A DNA stretch of 64,000 nt from Candidatus Magasanikiibacteriota bacterium (GTDB taxonomy: Bacteria; Patescibacteriota; Patescibacteriia; Magasanikbacterales; GWA2-37-8). The stretch covers positions 2,762-66,761 of the forward strand of contig JAHFHX010000004.1 in the NCBI GenBank assembly GCA_023246655.1. The letters run 5' to 3'. The position numbers and the translations under genes are program-made. This document shows positions 17,855 to 27,749 of this stretch, piece after piece (positions within the stretch are counted from its first letter, which is position 1; every line of letters starts with the position of its first letter). A model generated the notes under the pieces. The model made no database searches. It was not told where the DNA came from and worked only from the letters and a program-made list of their open reading frames with translations.

Positions 17855-19285
17855 TTAAGTAATTGAGTCTGTTGTTACATAATATTGATGTGAGGATATG
17901 ACGATGGCTGCCAGTATCCAGAATAACATCGCGAGATCATTTTTAAAATAGGGCACATCGATGAGGCCGTGCAGTATGATGATAGTAAGAGCTGTAATGA
18001 GACTGGCACTGAGAAGCTTGTCGGAGTGTTGATATATTTTATAACAAATAACAAATAACAAATAACAAATAACAACGAACGAGCACATTCCGACGAGACC
18101 GATTTCTGTCCAAAAGTTGAGGAAGATGTTGTGTGGGTAGATGAGGCGTTCCATTTTTTTAACATCATAGTGTGGTTTTTGAATTTTGCGAAAGAATTGG
18201 CGAATGCCGGTGCCAAAGAGGAAGTTTTTGGGTGATTGTGTTAAGTAATTCCACGAATAGGACCAGAGAGTTAAACGATTGGTGAGTGATTGAGATTTTT
18301 GTTGCGGGAAGTAGGAAGTAGGAAGTAGGAAGTAGGCGGCGATGAAAGCGATAGTTATGAGAGTCGCGATAAGCGCGATTTTTTTGTGACCAATGAGATA
18401 GGTAAAGAGAACTGTTCCGAGCACGAGGGCGGTGAAGGTGCCGAGGGATTTGGTAAGGAGGATGACGAGTGTGGAAATGAGAGATAAGGAGATAAGGAGA
18501 TAAGGAGATATTGTTTTGGGTGGAGAGGTGTGATTGTTTTTTCGGTAGTGCAAAATTAAAAATAAAATGAGAGGAACAATCGGCCCGAGATATAATCCAA
18601 CTGCGTTGGGAGAGAGGAAAAATGAGGTGATACGGTGGGTTTGGAGGGCAATCCAGTCCACATTGCCAATGTGCCAGCCGGTAAAGCGTTGGAGGATGCC
18701 GAAGATACTAATGCTGAGGGTGGAGAGGGCGAGGAACCAGATGAGGTTGGTTGGTGTTAGGGTGGTAGGTTGTAGGGCGGTAGCGCAGTAGGCTAGCATT
18801 CCCCGCTGGGGCGGGGTAGGGGTGGGTGAGGACGCCGGCGTGGCCGTTGGCGGAACCGCGAAGTGCCCCCCCCGCCCAAGCGGGGATTTGTCGTCGTCGA
18901 CTCGACCAACGAGCATCACAAATACCAGCATCGGTTCCAAAAAGTAGGCCCGCCATTGGCCAAGTGAGTAATACCACATGTCGGAAACGAAGATGCCGGC
19001 GATTGAAGCAAGAAAGAACAAAGAACAAAGAACAAAGAACAACTTGTTAATTGTTAATTGTTCTTTTATGTGTGACCAGTCCGCGCGGGCATGCTTGACG
19101 AGCCAGACTAAAAATAAAACTCCGAACATGAGTTCGAGCAACGTTGATGGGAGGGGGCCGACTTTGAATCGAATGAGGTATGTGGGGAGACCAATAATAA
19201 ACAGGCCAATGGCGAGGCGGAAATTTTTCCAGGCAAGGAGAGTAAAAGCAAGGCCGTAGAGAGTGAGGAGCAATAATGGTAACAC
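17855..19285 (-). CDS. O-antigen ligase / Wzy_C-family polytopic membrane protein, containing four microsatellite tracts and one GC-hairpin insertion
   Basis: The protein has about 11 TM helices and the Wzy_C/WaaL signature IYPHNIFLNFWTEIGLVG. Several repetitive peptide stretches (ICYLLFVICY, YFLLPTSYF, LLISLSLIS, LFFVLCSLFFLAS) are encoded by the heptamer and octamer repeats. Confidence 0.75.
   Translation of the reverse strand: MLPLLLLTLYGLAFTLLAWKNFRLAIGLFIIGLPTYLIRFKVGPLPSTLLELMFGVLFLVWLVKHARADWSHIKEQLTINKLFFVLCSLFFLASIAGIFVSDMWYYSLGQWRAYFLEPMLVFVMLVGRVDDDKSPLGRGGHFAVPPTATPASSPTPTPPQRGMLAYCATALQPTTLTPTNLIWFLALSTLSISIFGILQRFTGWHIGNVDWIALQTHRITSFFLSPNAVGLYLGPIVPLILFLILHYRKNNHTSPPKTISPYLLISLSLISTLVILLTKSLGTFTALVLGTVLFTYLIGHKKIALIATLITIAFIAAYFLLPTSYFPQQKSQSLTNRLTLWSYSWNYLTQSPKNFLFGTGIRQFFRKIQKPHYDVKKMERLIYPHNIFLNFWTEIGLVGMCSFVVICYLLFVICYKIYQHSDKLLSASLITALTIIILHGLIDVPYFKNDLAMLFWILAAIVISSHQYYVTTDSIT
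18043..18075. repeat. (AACAAAT)x4.7 microsatellite inside the CDS
   Basis: Four perfect heptamers plus a partial copy. Confidence 0.95.
18308..18335. repeat. (GAAGTAG)x4 microsatellite inside the CDS
   Basis: Four perfect heptamers. Confidence 0.95.
18481..18510. repeat. (GAGATAAG)x3.75 microsatellite inside the CDS
   Basis: Three perfect octamers plus 6 nt. Confidence 0.95.
18795..18900. repeat. GC-rich hairpin element (family B) read in-frame inside the O-antigen ligase gene
   Basis: The DNA CCCCGCTGGGGCGGGG...CCCCCCCGCCCAAGCGGGG encodes HFAVPPTATPASSPTPTPPQRG, in an otherwise AT-rich gene. Confidence 0.6.
19012..19062. repeat. (CAAAGAA)x3-4 followed by (TTGTTAA)x2.5, inside the CDS
   Basis: Adjacent perfect heptamer runs. 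Confidence 0.9.
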
Positions 19286-19290
19286 AGGGA

Positions 19291-20064
19291 CTAGGCTGTT
19301 AACATGGGGCGGCTAATACTCCAAAGTAGTTCAAAAAGTTGACGCATCGCGGTGGTTAGTACGGGGCTCTCAATGACAACGGCGGTGCCTTCGCCTTTGG
19401 TGGTGAAGATGGCGATAGTGGTATCCCACCACATAAAAGAGGCGGAAAAAGTTAGCTCGCGTGGTAAAAATTTAGTTTCTCGCAATTCGCGTGTATTGGT
19501 TTCGGGTGAATATTTTTTTATTTCGCGACTTTCTACGCGCAGGCTTTTAAGGCGGGTGCCTCGCTCTTTGCGTCGTCTGGAGAAATGCAGCTTCTCGCCG
19601 ATTATTTCTTGTAGATCGTACGCTGCTACCATTTCATAAATAAGTTTGCTCTTGCAGTGTATTGCTTCCATAAAAATATCAGCCACCCGTTCACGGTGAT
19701 AGATGCGCACCTTGGCTTCTGTAGTATAGCCGGATTTAAGTTTTTGGAAAAGAGGAGCCGCTTCTATAATTTCATACAGATGCCGCTCCAAAATTTTTTT
19801 TAATCCCGCCAAATCGGTAGCTTCGTATACATGACGAGATTTGCGTTTAGTTGCCGTGGCATATCCTTCCCGAAACAATCTTGTGGCTACCGATTCCACC
19901 GTGGTGGGGCGTAAGCCACAGTAGCGCGCTAGTGGGGTAATGGTTAAGGGGCCAGTTTCAAGAAGCGCCAAATACACTATTTGCTCTTTGTCTTTAAGGC
20001 CAAGTGAACTTAAGATTTCCTTTATTTCTTTTTGTTCCCCAGCTTTGAGGTGGTTGAATTTCAT
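19291..20064 (-). CDS. TrmB-family HTH transcriptional regulator
   Basis: An N-terminal winged helix (IVYLALLETGPLTITPLARYCGLRPTTVESVATRL) precedes a TrmB-like C-domain. Confidence 0.55.
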   Translation of the reverse strand: MKFNHLKAGEQKEIKEILSSLGLKDKEQIVYLALLETGPLTITPLARYCGLRPTTVESVATRLFREGYATATKRKSRHVYEATDLAGLKKILERHLYEIIEAAPLFQKLKSGYTTEAKVRIYHRERVADIFMEAIHCKSKLIYEMVAAYDLQEIIGEKLHFSRRRKERGTRLKSLRVESREIKKYSPETNTRELRETKFLPRELTFSASFMWWDTTIAIFTTKGEGTAVVIESPVLTTAMRQLFELLWSISRPMLTA

Positions 20065-20230
20065 ATTTACGAAAAAAATCGTAGTTATTTTTAATATTAT
20101 TTGCTTTTATTTTAGCTATTTATTTAAGTCGTGTCAAGTTTTCCACAGAAAATTATGGAGATACTTTGTCAGATTACGTTATAGTACGCACGTAATCGAT
20201 TGCAGGCTCTTTACAACCAAGGAGGAAATC

Positions 20231-20512
20231 ATGCAGGTGATCAAGAAGGGTCGTAAGCAGATGGGCTGGGCGAAAGAATTTACTTGTACGGGTAGTGGTA
20301 ACGGCGGTGGTGGTTGTGGGGCCACGCTTCTGGTGGAGAAGACCGACGTGTACCAGACGTCGCGTGGTTACTATGATGGTAGCACCGACTACTTTATCAC
20401 CTTTTGTTGTGCTGAGTGTGGGGTGGAGACGGATATTAAGGCGCCGTTTTCCCCGCACGATCTCCCCAACAAACAGGCGTGGCACCGGGCTCACGGTAAG
20501 GAGACGTTCTAA
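20231..20512 (+). CDS. small Cys-rich protein (Cys clusters [12 protein letters not shown] and CCAECG), GC-rich
   Basis: A GGAGG ribosome-binding site lies 6 nt upstream. The ORF is 93 aa and its stop overlaps the start of the following NUDIX gene. Confidence 0.5.
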   Translation: MQVIKKGRKQMGWAKEFTCTGSGNGGGGCGATLLVEKTDVYQTSRGYYDGSTDYFITFCCAECGVETDIKAPFSPHDLPNKQAWHRAHGKETF

Positions 20513-20928
20513 TGCTCCTTACAGTTGATCTGGCATTGACGGTGAACGGCGTTTACCTTGTGCTCATCAAGCGAGCTAAGCCGCCGTTTATGGACAAGCT
20601 GGTGCTGCCGGGCGGGCATGTGGAGGATGGGGAAACCCTGGCCGCAGCGTGCGCTCGGGAGGCCTTTGAGGAAATTGGATTCTGTGTGAACCCGAGCACC
20701 TTGCGGCTTCTTATGGTTCTCGACGACCCCAAGCGCGACCCCCGGCCTGGCAGACGCGTGTCGGCGGTGTTCACGATTGATGTGGCGTTGCATGCGCTGA
20801 GCGCGCTCGCGGCCGGCAGCGATGCTGCTTCGTTGGAACTGCGCAAAATCGCCACGCTCAAATCGGAAGAAGTCGGATTCGACCACTTCGAAGCAGTCAA
20901 ACTCCTTGCCAGGAGGCGATTAAAATAG
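20512..20928 (+). CDS. NUDIX hydrolase
   Basis: The Nudix box is present ([24 protein letters not shown]). The gene is about 60% GC. Confidence 0.7.
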   Translation: MLLTVDLALTVNGVYLVLIKRAKPPFMDKLVLPGGHVEDGETLAAACAREAFEEIGFCVNPSTLRLLMVLDDPKRDPRPGRRVSAVFTIDVALHALSALAAGSDAASLELRKIATLKSEEVGFDHFEAVKLLARRRLK

Positions 20929-21002
20929 TCGCCTCTTAGACATAAAAGCCTTCCGAGCGGCTTACAATAGCTCGGAATCCACAAAGTGCATTTTGTTCGA
21001 AT

Positions 21003-21038
21003 AAAAAACCATCCCGACTGAGTCCGGATGGTTTTTTG
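21003..21038. terminator. bidirectional terminator CCATCCCGACTGAGTCCGGATGG between convergent genes
   Basis: The same hairpin family as at 2034 and 34582, flanked by A-run and T-run. Confidence 0.65.
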
Positions 21039-21058
21039 TTATAAATAATTACGCTTTG

Positions 21059-21373
21059 TTAATCTCGAGCTGGCTTCTTGGCGGCGTCTTTTTCTGCCTT
21101 TTCTTTTTGCAATTGGCTGCCTATTTCCCTTAAGAAATCCATGGCCTCGGCATACCGATTGCCGAGAACAAAAGTTTGTCGAGGATAATTTCGTAGAATA
21201 TCAATGATGTGAGCAATGCTACTATCGTTCAGCAGCAATTTGCATTGCCGGTAAATTTCGGTTCGAATACGTTTTGCTACTGATTCATCAGCAGGCTGTA
21301 TTTCTAATCGTTCTCGACTCTTTTTTATAGATAAGCGAGGGGCTGGCCATGATTGTTCGTTAGCTTCTGACAT
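21059..21373 (-). CDS. hypothetical protein
   Basis: A 104-aa ORF. Confidence 0.4.
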   Translation of the reverse strand: MSEANEQSWPAPRLSIKKSRERLEIQPADESVAKRIRTEIYRQCKLLLNDSSIAHIIDILRNYPRQTFVLGNRYAEAMDFLREIGSQLQKEKAEKDAAKKPARD

Positions 21374-21492
21374 AATGTAGTATAGAAAAAATGTGCGTTT
21401 TTATTATAGCCTATCCTTGACAAAAAGCCAATTTTGTGCTATTCTATAAGGTTTTTATTGATGTAAATACGATTAAATCCCAGCCTTTTGTT

Positions 21493-23469
21493 ATGAGTTA
21501 TAGTCATAATAGTACGTTGACGACAACTAAAATTAATGGCTATCGCATAAGCCAATTTTTTTGGCTAGTTTTATTGCTATTTGCAGCAGGAGCTCCGGTT
21601 GATGTAAGCGCTAAAACTGTTACCTGGATAGGTGGGGGTGCCGATACTAACTGGGCCACGCCAGAGAATTGGGACCAAACACTGGTGAGCGGGGATGCGG
21701 TGATAATTCCGGCTGGTGTGGCCACAACCACTATAATTTCCGATCCAGCAGTGGTAATTAGTTCGCTGGTGCTTGAAAATACCTCAGTAATGGTTTTATC
21801 GGGGGCACTCTTAACTGTTGAAGGCCCTATTACCCTTACTGGCAGTACGATTGTTGGTGATGGGGCGTTGGCTCTTCACGGCGACGTCACCACCCTTATT
21901 TCTCCAAACCCCTCGGCCTTGAGCATAGCTGAGGTTTTGCTTGGTGGGGCTGATCGCAGTTTTACCGTAGGAAATGGCCCTGCTTATACTGATTTCACGT
22001 TGGCTTCACGTGTTAAGGATGGCGGCGCACCGGCCGGCATTATTGTTAATAGTTTGGCAGTTTATCAGGGACGATTTGATATCACAGGTAGTAATACCTT
22101 TACTGGTACCACGAGAGTTAAATCCAATTCAATTGTGTGGGTTGGCAACCCTTTGGGGCTAGGTGCTGCCAGTGGCGGCACTGTGGTGGAAAGCGGTGGA
22201 TCGCTTGCAATTACTACCGCCGACCCTATTGCTGAGCCACTGGAGCTTCACGGCGCTGGATATTTGGGGTGGGGAGCCCTGATTGGTGTGTATGTAGATG
22301 CAACCTGGAGTGGTTCGGTTGTTATCCCTGACGCCAGTGCGATTGATGTGTCGGCTAATAATAATTTGCAGTTGACCGGTACGCTGAGTGGTTCTGGTGC
22401 ATTAACCGCTGGCATCTTCCGTACCCACACCGGCACTATAGTGCTCACACAGAATGAGACGTTACCGGCGTTGACGGTGGCTTATAGCCCTGTTGCGGTA
22501 GCCACGGGGGCAACGTTGACCGTGGCTGGAGATGTAACACTGCAGGGGGGAATTATTACCGGAGGCGGTGCTTTAGCGCTGCAGCGAGATGTGGTAGTTG
22601 CCACTTCATCAGCCTCTGCTGTGTTGAATGTCGCTCAGGTATTTTTGAGTTCTGGTAGGCATGATTTTATTATTGGCAATGGAATGGCGGAACAAGATTT
22701 AATTATTAATTCAAACTTAACAACCACTGGTGGAAATGCTACCGTTGTTAGTCTTGGTGGCGGCGTTTTGTCGTCGCCCGCGGTTAGCAGCAACGTTGTG
22801 TTTCAAACGGCCGAGGCATTAGCACTCGCTCTTGCTACTACCGCGGCTAGTACCATACCCCCTGCGGGTGGTAGTGGCGGCTGGCTAACCGCTACTCTAG
22901 CTGATTCAGGGTTGTCTTCGAATACTATGGTTACGACCACCGCTATAGTTGTACCGCTGGTTTCAGATACCATAGTAGCTTTACCTACTACTACCTTCCG
23001 TGAGCCAATATCGGTGGGTGGCGGTGTAACTCAAGACGATGCTGCGGTTACGAGTTCGTCAGTAGGATTGCTTGTACCGATACCATTAAATAAAATAGAG
23101 GTTGTTGTTACCTCTACTTTAGATGTGTTGCTTAGTGTAACTCGCTTTGGAGAACGCCATGAGTTCGTTCGTATGCTTCAAGTTCAACTTCAGGAGGCAG
23201 GATATTTTTCTGCGGAGCAGCGCCCGACGAATTTTTATGGACCGATTACGGCGCAGGCAGTGCGACGTTATTTTATGAGTAAACCAGGTTTAATAATTCG
23301 CGAACTCCCGTTTGTGCTTCAGTCGGGTGATCGCGGTCCACTGGTACACCAACTGCAAATGTTTCTTAAACAACAGGGGTATTTTCCTTCCGCAGTACCG
23401 GCTACTGGCTGGTATGGCCCTATCACTGCTTGGGCAGCACTAAGGTATCAAGCTCAACTTGGTTTATAG
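21493..23469 (+). CDS. large secreted Gly/Thr/Ala-rich repeat protein with two C-terminal putative peptidoglycan-binding (PG_binding_1-like) domains
   Basis: The signal peptide reads MSYSHNS...WLVLLLFAAGAPVDVSA. Two C-terminal repeats are present: QVQLQEAGYF...FYGPITAQAVRRYF and QMFLKQQGYF...WYGPITAWAALRYQ. Confidence 0.6.
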   Translation: MSYSHNSTLTTTKINGYRISQFFWLVLLLFAAGAPVDVSAKTVTWIGGGADTNWATPENWDQTLVSGDAVIIPAGVATTTIISDPAVVISSLVLENTSVMVLSGALLTVEGPITLTGSTIVGDGALALHGDVTTLISPNPSALSIAEVLLGGADRSFTVGNGPAYTDFTLASRVKDGGAPAGIIVNSLAVYQGRFDITGSNTFTGTTRVKSNSIVWVGNPLGLGAASGGTVVESGGSLAITTADPIAEPLELHGAGYLGWGALIGVYVDATWSGSVVIPDASAIDVSANNNLQLTGTLSGSGALTAGIFRTHTGTIVLTQNETLPALTVAYSPVAVATGATLTVAGDVTLQGGIITGGGALALQRDVVVATSSASAVLNVAQVFLSSGRHDFIIGNGMAEQDLIINSNLTTTGGNATVVSLGGGVLSSPAVSSNVVFQTAEALALALATTAASTIPPAGGSGGWLTATLADSGLSSNTMVTTTAIVVPLVSDTIVALPTTTFREPISVGGGVTQDDAAVTSSSVGLLVPIPLNKIEVVVTSTLDVLLSVTRFGERHEFVRMLQVQLQEAGYFSAEQRPTNFYGPITAQAVRRYFMSKPGLIIRELPFVLQSGDRGPLVHQLQMFLKQQGYFPSAVPATGWYGPITAWAALRYQAQLGL

Positions 23470-23750
23470 AAAGTAAATACTTGGTCGAATAGTTCTTGGT
23501 AAGCTGAATATAATTTTCCTAGTCGTATTTGTAGATTTAAGCGCAATGAGGCAGGGATATCCGGATCGGTAGCCAGGAGCAATTGCTGAAATAGCAGCGC
23601 TCTTTGACCCTCATTAATTTGTAGCGTCTTACCACTTTTAGTGGCGAGTTTTTTGATGTAACTTGTTAATAGATCATCAATACGATTTTCACGCTCATTG
23701 CGAATCTGTTCTGGAGTTTTAAAATTTTTAGGTCGTCCGGTCTCAGCCAT
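23454..23750 (-). CDS. hypothetical protein
   Basis: A 98-aa ORF that ends just upstream of ahcY. Confidence 0.4.
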   Translation of the reverse strand: MAETGRPKNFKTPEQIRNERENRIDDLLTSYIKKLATKSGKTLQINEGQRALLFQQLLLATDPDIPASLRLNLQIRLGKLYSAYQELFDQVFTFYKPS

Positions 23751-23753
23751 ATT

Positions 23754-25055
23754 TTAATATCGATAATGCCCTGGTTTAAATGGTCCGTTTGCTGAGACCC
23801 CAAGGTAATCTGCCTGTTTCTTGGTTAGTTTTGTAAGCTTAACACCAAGTTTGGGGAGATGTAATCGTGCCACCTCTTCGTCTAATTCTTTTGGCAAGGT
23901 GTAGACTTTGCCACTCTCATATTTTTTACCTTCTTGCCACAACGAAAGTTGCGCAAGCACTTGGTTGGTGAATGATGTACTCATTACAAAACTGGGGTGG
24001 CCGTGGGCGTTGCCGAGGTTGACGAGGCGGCCACGGGAGAGAAGCACTAAACATTTTCCCGAATCCCACACGAATTTGTCGACCTGCGGTTGGATGTTTT
24101 CTTCTCTAATATTTTTTTGACTGGTGAGCCAAGCCACGTCGATTTCGGAATCAAAGTGGCCGATGTTGCAGACGATGGCGCCATCTTTCATTTTTGTCAT
24201 GTGTTCGCCCGTGATAACGTCGCAGCAGCCGGTGGCGGTTACAAAGATGTCGCCGATGGGGGCTGCTTCGTCCATGGTGACGACTTCGTAGCCTTCCATG
24301 GCGGCTTGGAGGGCGTTGATAGGGTCAATTTCAGTGACGAGAACACGGGCGCCAAACCCGTCCATGCTTTGCGCACAACCTTTGCCAACGTCACCAAAGC
24401 CAGCCACCACCACTACTTTGCCGGCGATCATAATATCGGTGGCCCGTTTAATACCGTCGGCGAGACTTTCACGGCAGCCATATTTGTTGTCGAATTTGGA
24501 TTTGGTCACCGAATCGTTGACATTAATTGCGACCGTGCCAAGCGTGCTACGCTCCATCATTTGGTACAGACGATGAACGCCGGTCGTTGTCTCTTCGGAA
24601 ACACCTTTAAGTTCTTTAAGCATTTCTGGGTGTTTTTCGTGAACAACAATAGTAAGGTCGCCACCATCATCGAGGAGAAGGTTGGGACCTCGTCCATTGG
24701 AAAATTTTAGACTTTCTTCCACACACCACCAGTATTCCTCTTCTGTCTCACCTTTCCACGCAAATACGGGGATGCCAGCAGCAGCGATCGCGGCGGCGGC
24801 GTGATCTTGCGTGGAGAAAATATTACAGCTACTCCACCGCACCTCGGCACCGAGTTCCACAAGGGTTTCGATGAGGACAGCGGTTTGGATAGTCATATGG
24901 AGGCACCCGGCGATGCGGGCGTCTTTGAGTGGTTTTTTGCCTTTAAATTTTTTACGTAATGCCATAAGACCTGGCATTTCTTTTTCTGCCAGAATAATTT
25001 CCTTGCGGCCCCAAGCAGCAAGAGAGATGTCTTTAACTTTGTAATCATTTTTCAT
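23754..25055 (-). CDS. ahcY: adenosylhomocysteinase
   Basis: The protein is 433 aa with an NAD-binding [10 protein letters not shown] motif and an N-terminus [13 protein letters not shown] typical of SAHH. Confidence 0.9.
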   Translation of the reverse strand: MKNDYKVKDISLAAWGRKEIILAEKEMPGLMALRKKFKGKKPLKDARIAGCLHMTIQTAVLIETLVELGAEVRWSSCNIFSTQDHAAAAIAAAGIPVFAWKGETEEEYWWCVEESLKFSNGRGPNLLLDDGGDLTIVVHEKHPEMLKELKGVSEETTTGVHRLYQMMERSTLGTVAINVNDSVTKSKFDNKYGCRESLADGIKRATDIMIAGKVVVVAGFGDVGKGCAQSMDGFGARVLVTEIDPINALQAAMEGYEVVTMDEAAPIGDIFVTATGCCDVITGEHMTKMKDGAIVCNIGHFDSEIDVAWLTSQKNIREENIQPQVDKFVWDSGKCLVLLSRGRLVNLGNAHGHPSFVMSTSFTNQVLAQLSLWQEGKKYESGKVYTLPKELDEEVARLHLPKLGVKLTKLTKKQADYLGVSANGPFKPGHYRY

Positions 25056-25184
25056 AACACGGATTTAGTAAATGATTTAGACAAATTGTGAGGCGTGTTG
25101 TTCTGGGTGTTACAAATTTTTTTATATAGACCGGTACACACCCCAAGTTTTTTGCGATGTTCTCTCTTATAACTTGTGCCATAT

Positions 25185-26207
25185 TTAGAGATTAATTATT
25201 TCACCATATGTTTTTTGGTACCGTACGCAAAACGCTTCTTTTGTAAACGCATGTTCCTGTGTTCCATACGTCTCAATAGCATAACTCGCCGCGACGGAAC
25301 CGATTTGGGCGCAGGTTTTGAGAGGGAGGTTGTTTTCAAAACCCACCAGAAAGCCTGCGCGGAAAGCGTCGCCGGCGCCGGTGGGGTCGTCCACGGATTG
25401 GGGTGGGCAGGGGGCGACGTTGATTTCCTCGCCGTCTTGCGTAGTAATGATGGAACCTTTTTCACCAAGGGTCGTGATGAGAATGTTGGTTTCTTTTAAA
25501 ATATCCGCAGCGCTCCAACTGGTACGGTCTTGGAGGAGTTTCATTTCGTAGTCATTGCCAATAACAAAATGGCTTTTGCTTATCATACTCCGGAGTTCGA
25601 TGTCGGTGAAAGCAGTTATTTGTTGACCCGGGTCGAACATGGCCGGGATGCCGCGTTCATGGCATTCATGGAGATGCTTCATCATGACGGTTTTGTCGGT
25701 GGGGGAGATGATGGCGAGGTTTACTTTTTTGTCATCCCGAGTGAGGTTCGCACCGACGAGGGATCCCTGTCCGTCGATTGGTGATTGAGCCAGAGATTCC
25801 TCCTTCGTCGTCGGAATGACAGTTGGGAGGTGAGGCGTTTCTTCGAGCGGCCCATTGTAAAAGGCGGTTACCTGGTTGTCATCCATGTCGGTGGTGATGT
25901 AGGCGGAGGCGGAGAGTTTGGTTTTGTCTTGATAGATGTGGTCAGTTGCGATGTCGAATCTTTTAAAGTGATCGAGGTAGTCTTTCGCGTCTTTTCCAAC
26001 AGCAGAAACAATCATGGGGTTAGCGCCCAACATTTTTATCGTAAAGGCAATGTTGCCGGCGGTGCCGCCCCAACTGCGTTCTAATTTATCCACCACAAAA
26101 CAGACGTTAAGAATATGAATCTGTTCTGGCATGATGTGATTCTTAAAGCTGTCCGGAAAATTCATGATGTAATCGTAGGCGAGGGAGCCGGAGATGAGGA
26201 TGGACAT
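25185..26207 (-). CDS. PfkB-family carbohydrate/nucleoside kinase carrying an in-frame family-A repeat insertion
   Basis: The PfkB signature DPTGAGDAFRAGFL is present. The extra segment TVIPTTKEESLAQSPIDGQGSLVGANLTRDDKK is encoded by the repeat. Confidence 0.75.
   Translation of the reverse strand: MSILISGSLAYDYIMNFPDSFKNHIMPEQIHILNVCFVVDKLERSWGGTAGNIAFTIKMLGANPMIVSAVGKDAKDYLDHFKRFDIATDHIYQDKTKLSASAYITTDMDDNQVTAFYNGPLEETPHLPTVIPTTKEESLAQSPIDGQGSLVGANLTRDDKKVNLAIISPTDKTVMMKHLHECHERGIPAMFDPGQQITAFTDIELRSMISKSHFVIGNDYEMKLLQDRTSWSAADILKETNILITTLGEKGSIITTQDGEEINVAPCPPQSVDDPTGAGDAFRAGFLVGFENNLPLKTCAQIGSVAASYAIETYGTQEHAFTKEAFCVRYQKTYGEIINL
25731..25822. repeat. family-A nested-palindrome element (GTCATCCCGAG...GGAATGACAG)
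   Basis: It shares both termini and the inner GGGATCCCTGTC / GCCAGAGATTCC inverted repeat with the copies at 37842, 43470/43810, 54131 and 54502. Confidence 0.85.
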
Positions 26208-26364
26208 AGTGTTAGGATTGTAGGAGAGTAGGAAGGTAGGCGGTAGGAAAATTATTTTTCTACTATCCTACCATCTTACCACCCTGCTGCCTTAAAGTCG
26301 CCTTTACTTTACCAAAATCAGTTACTCTTGTCTACCGCCACCTTTTCTATTAGACTGAACATAT

Positions 26365-26736
26365 ATGAAACAAAAAATAACAACTATTCGAGGAGTTGTG
26401 CGGCCAGGGCAAGGACGGGGCGCGGAGGTGGGGGCGCGGACAGCGAATCTTGATGTAGCGCTCGCTGACGGGCTTGTGAAGGGGCTGTATAGTTGTGAAG
26501 TCAAGATCGCTGGGATTCGATTTCGAGGTTTGTTATATTATGGCATCAATTCCCTCACCGGCGATGATTGTCTAGAGGTGCACGTGTTAGCATTTGAGGG
26601 TGAATTGGTAGGCAAGGAGGTCGTTGTTAAAACTCAGCAATACTTACGTCCGGAGAAGAAGTTTGCTACGGTAGCGGAGTTGCAGGCGCAAGTGAGAAAA
26701 GATATTAGCATGGTTATGAGTTGTTCTTCAAAATAG
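26365..26736 (+). CDS. riboflavin kinase domain protein
   Basis: The sequence RGQGRGAEVGARTANLDV...LEVHVLAFEGELVGKEV matches the riboflavin kinase fold pattern. Confidence 0.55.
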   Translation: MKQKITTIRGVVRPGQGRGAEVGARTANLDVALADGLVKGLYSCEVKIAGIRFRGLLYYGINSLTGDDCLEVHVLAFEGELVGKEVVVKTQQYLRPEKKFATVAELQAQVRKDISMVMSCSSK

Positions 26737-26774
26737 CCCAATCAATTAGTTTTGGTGGTTTGGTTCCAATTACA

Positions 26775-27749
26775 TTAAACATTCTCTTTGAGACCACTGC
26801 CTGTTAAAATTAAAACAATCTTTGCGCATTGATTCGGTTGAGGTATTTTTGGCAAGGCAGCAACAGTGGCAGCCGCCGCTGATTCTACAAAGATTCCTTC
26901 AATCCGAGCTAAAAATTGTTGGGCAGCGGTAATTTCTTTATCCGTCACTGATACCAGCGCTCCGTCTGAAGCGCGCACTAAATCAAGCGTCAGTTTTCCA
27001 TCAAGTGGACAACCAACATTCATGGCAGAAGCGATGGTTTTTGGTTTGCGAATCGCGCAGATGGGTTTATTATTTTTCCATGCAGCGGTAAGTGGATCGG
27101 CGCCGAAACCCTGGACGCCGATAAATTGGGGGCGTTGATTTTTTTTTGCAAAACCTTCGGCGGTAGCGCAACCAACGGTGCCATTGCCAATTGGGCATAT
27201 AAATGCCGAAAAATTTATTCCGGAACAGGCCAACTCAATTCCAATGCTGCGTTGTCCTTCACGTCGTACTTCATAATCCCCGCAGAGGAGAAGATTTTTT
27301 TTCGCTGCCAGTGCTATTGCTTCCCCAACACATTCATCATAGTTGCCGTTTATTTTTACTAATTCTGCTCCGGCAATAGTTGCTTGGCGTAATTTGGTTT
27401 CTGGAGTAATGGTCGGTACAACCACGTAACATTTGAGACCAGCTCTGGCGGCGTATGCTGAGAGGCTTGCTGCCATGTTACCGGTCGAAGCACATACTAC
27501 GCCTTGTTTGTTGTGCGACAAGGCAATTTGGATCTCACTAACACTGCCGCGGTCTTTGAATGACCCGGTGGGGTTTTGAAATTCACATTTTGCCCAGATT
27601 TCACCAGCCCACTCTAATTTTTTCTCCAGCTGTAATAACCGAATCAGCGGTGTGCTTCCTTCCCCCATGACACTTTTGTTGGCCGTCGACCATTGGCGGT
27701 ACTCAAGCGATTGGCGGTACATATTTTTTTGGTTGTTTAAGTGGGCCAA
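26775..27749 (-). CDS. PLP-dependent enzyme of the threonine synthase / Trp-synthase-beta fold family
   Basis: The NPTGSFKDRG lysine motif is present. The protein is 324 aa. Confidence 0.6.
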   Translation of the reverse strand: MAHLNNQKNMYRQSLEYRQWSTANKSVMGEGSTPLIRLLQLEKKLEWAGEIWAKCEFQNPTGSFKDRGSVSEIQIALSHNKQGVVCASTGNMAASLSAYAARAGLKCYVVVPTITPETKLRQATIAGAELVKINGNYDECVGEAIALAAKKNLLLCGDYEVRREGQRSIGIELACSGINFSAFICPIGNGTVGCATAEGFAKKNQRPQFIGVQGFGADPLTAAWKNNKPICAIRKPKTIASAMNVGCPLDGKLTLDLVRASDGALVSVTDKEITAAQQFLARIEGIFVESAAAATVAALPKIPQPNQCAKIVLILTGSGLKENV

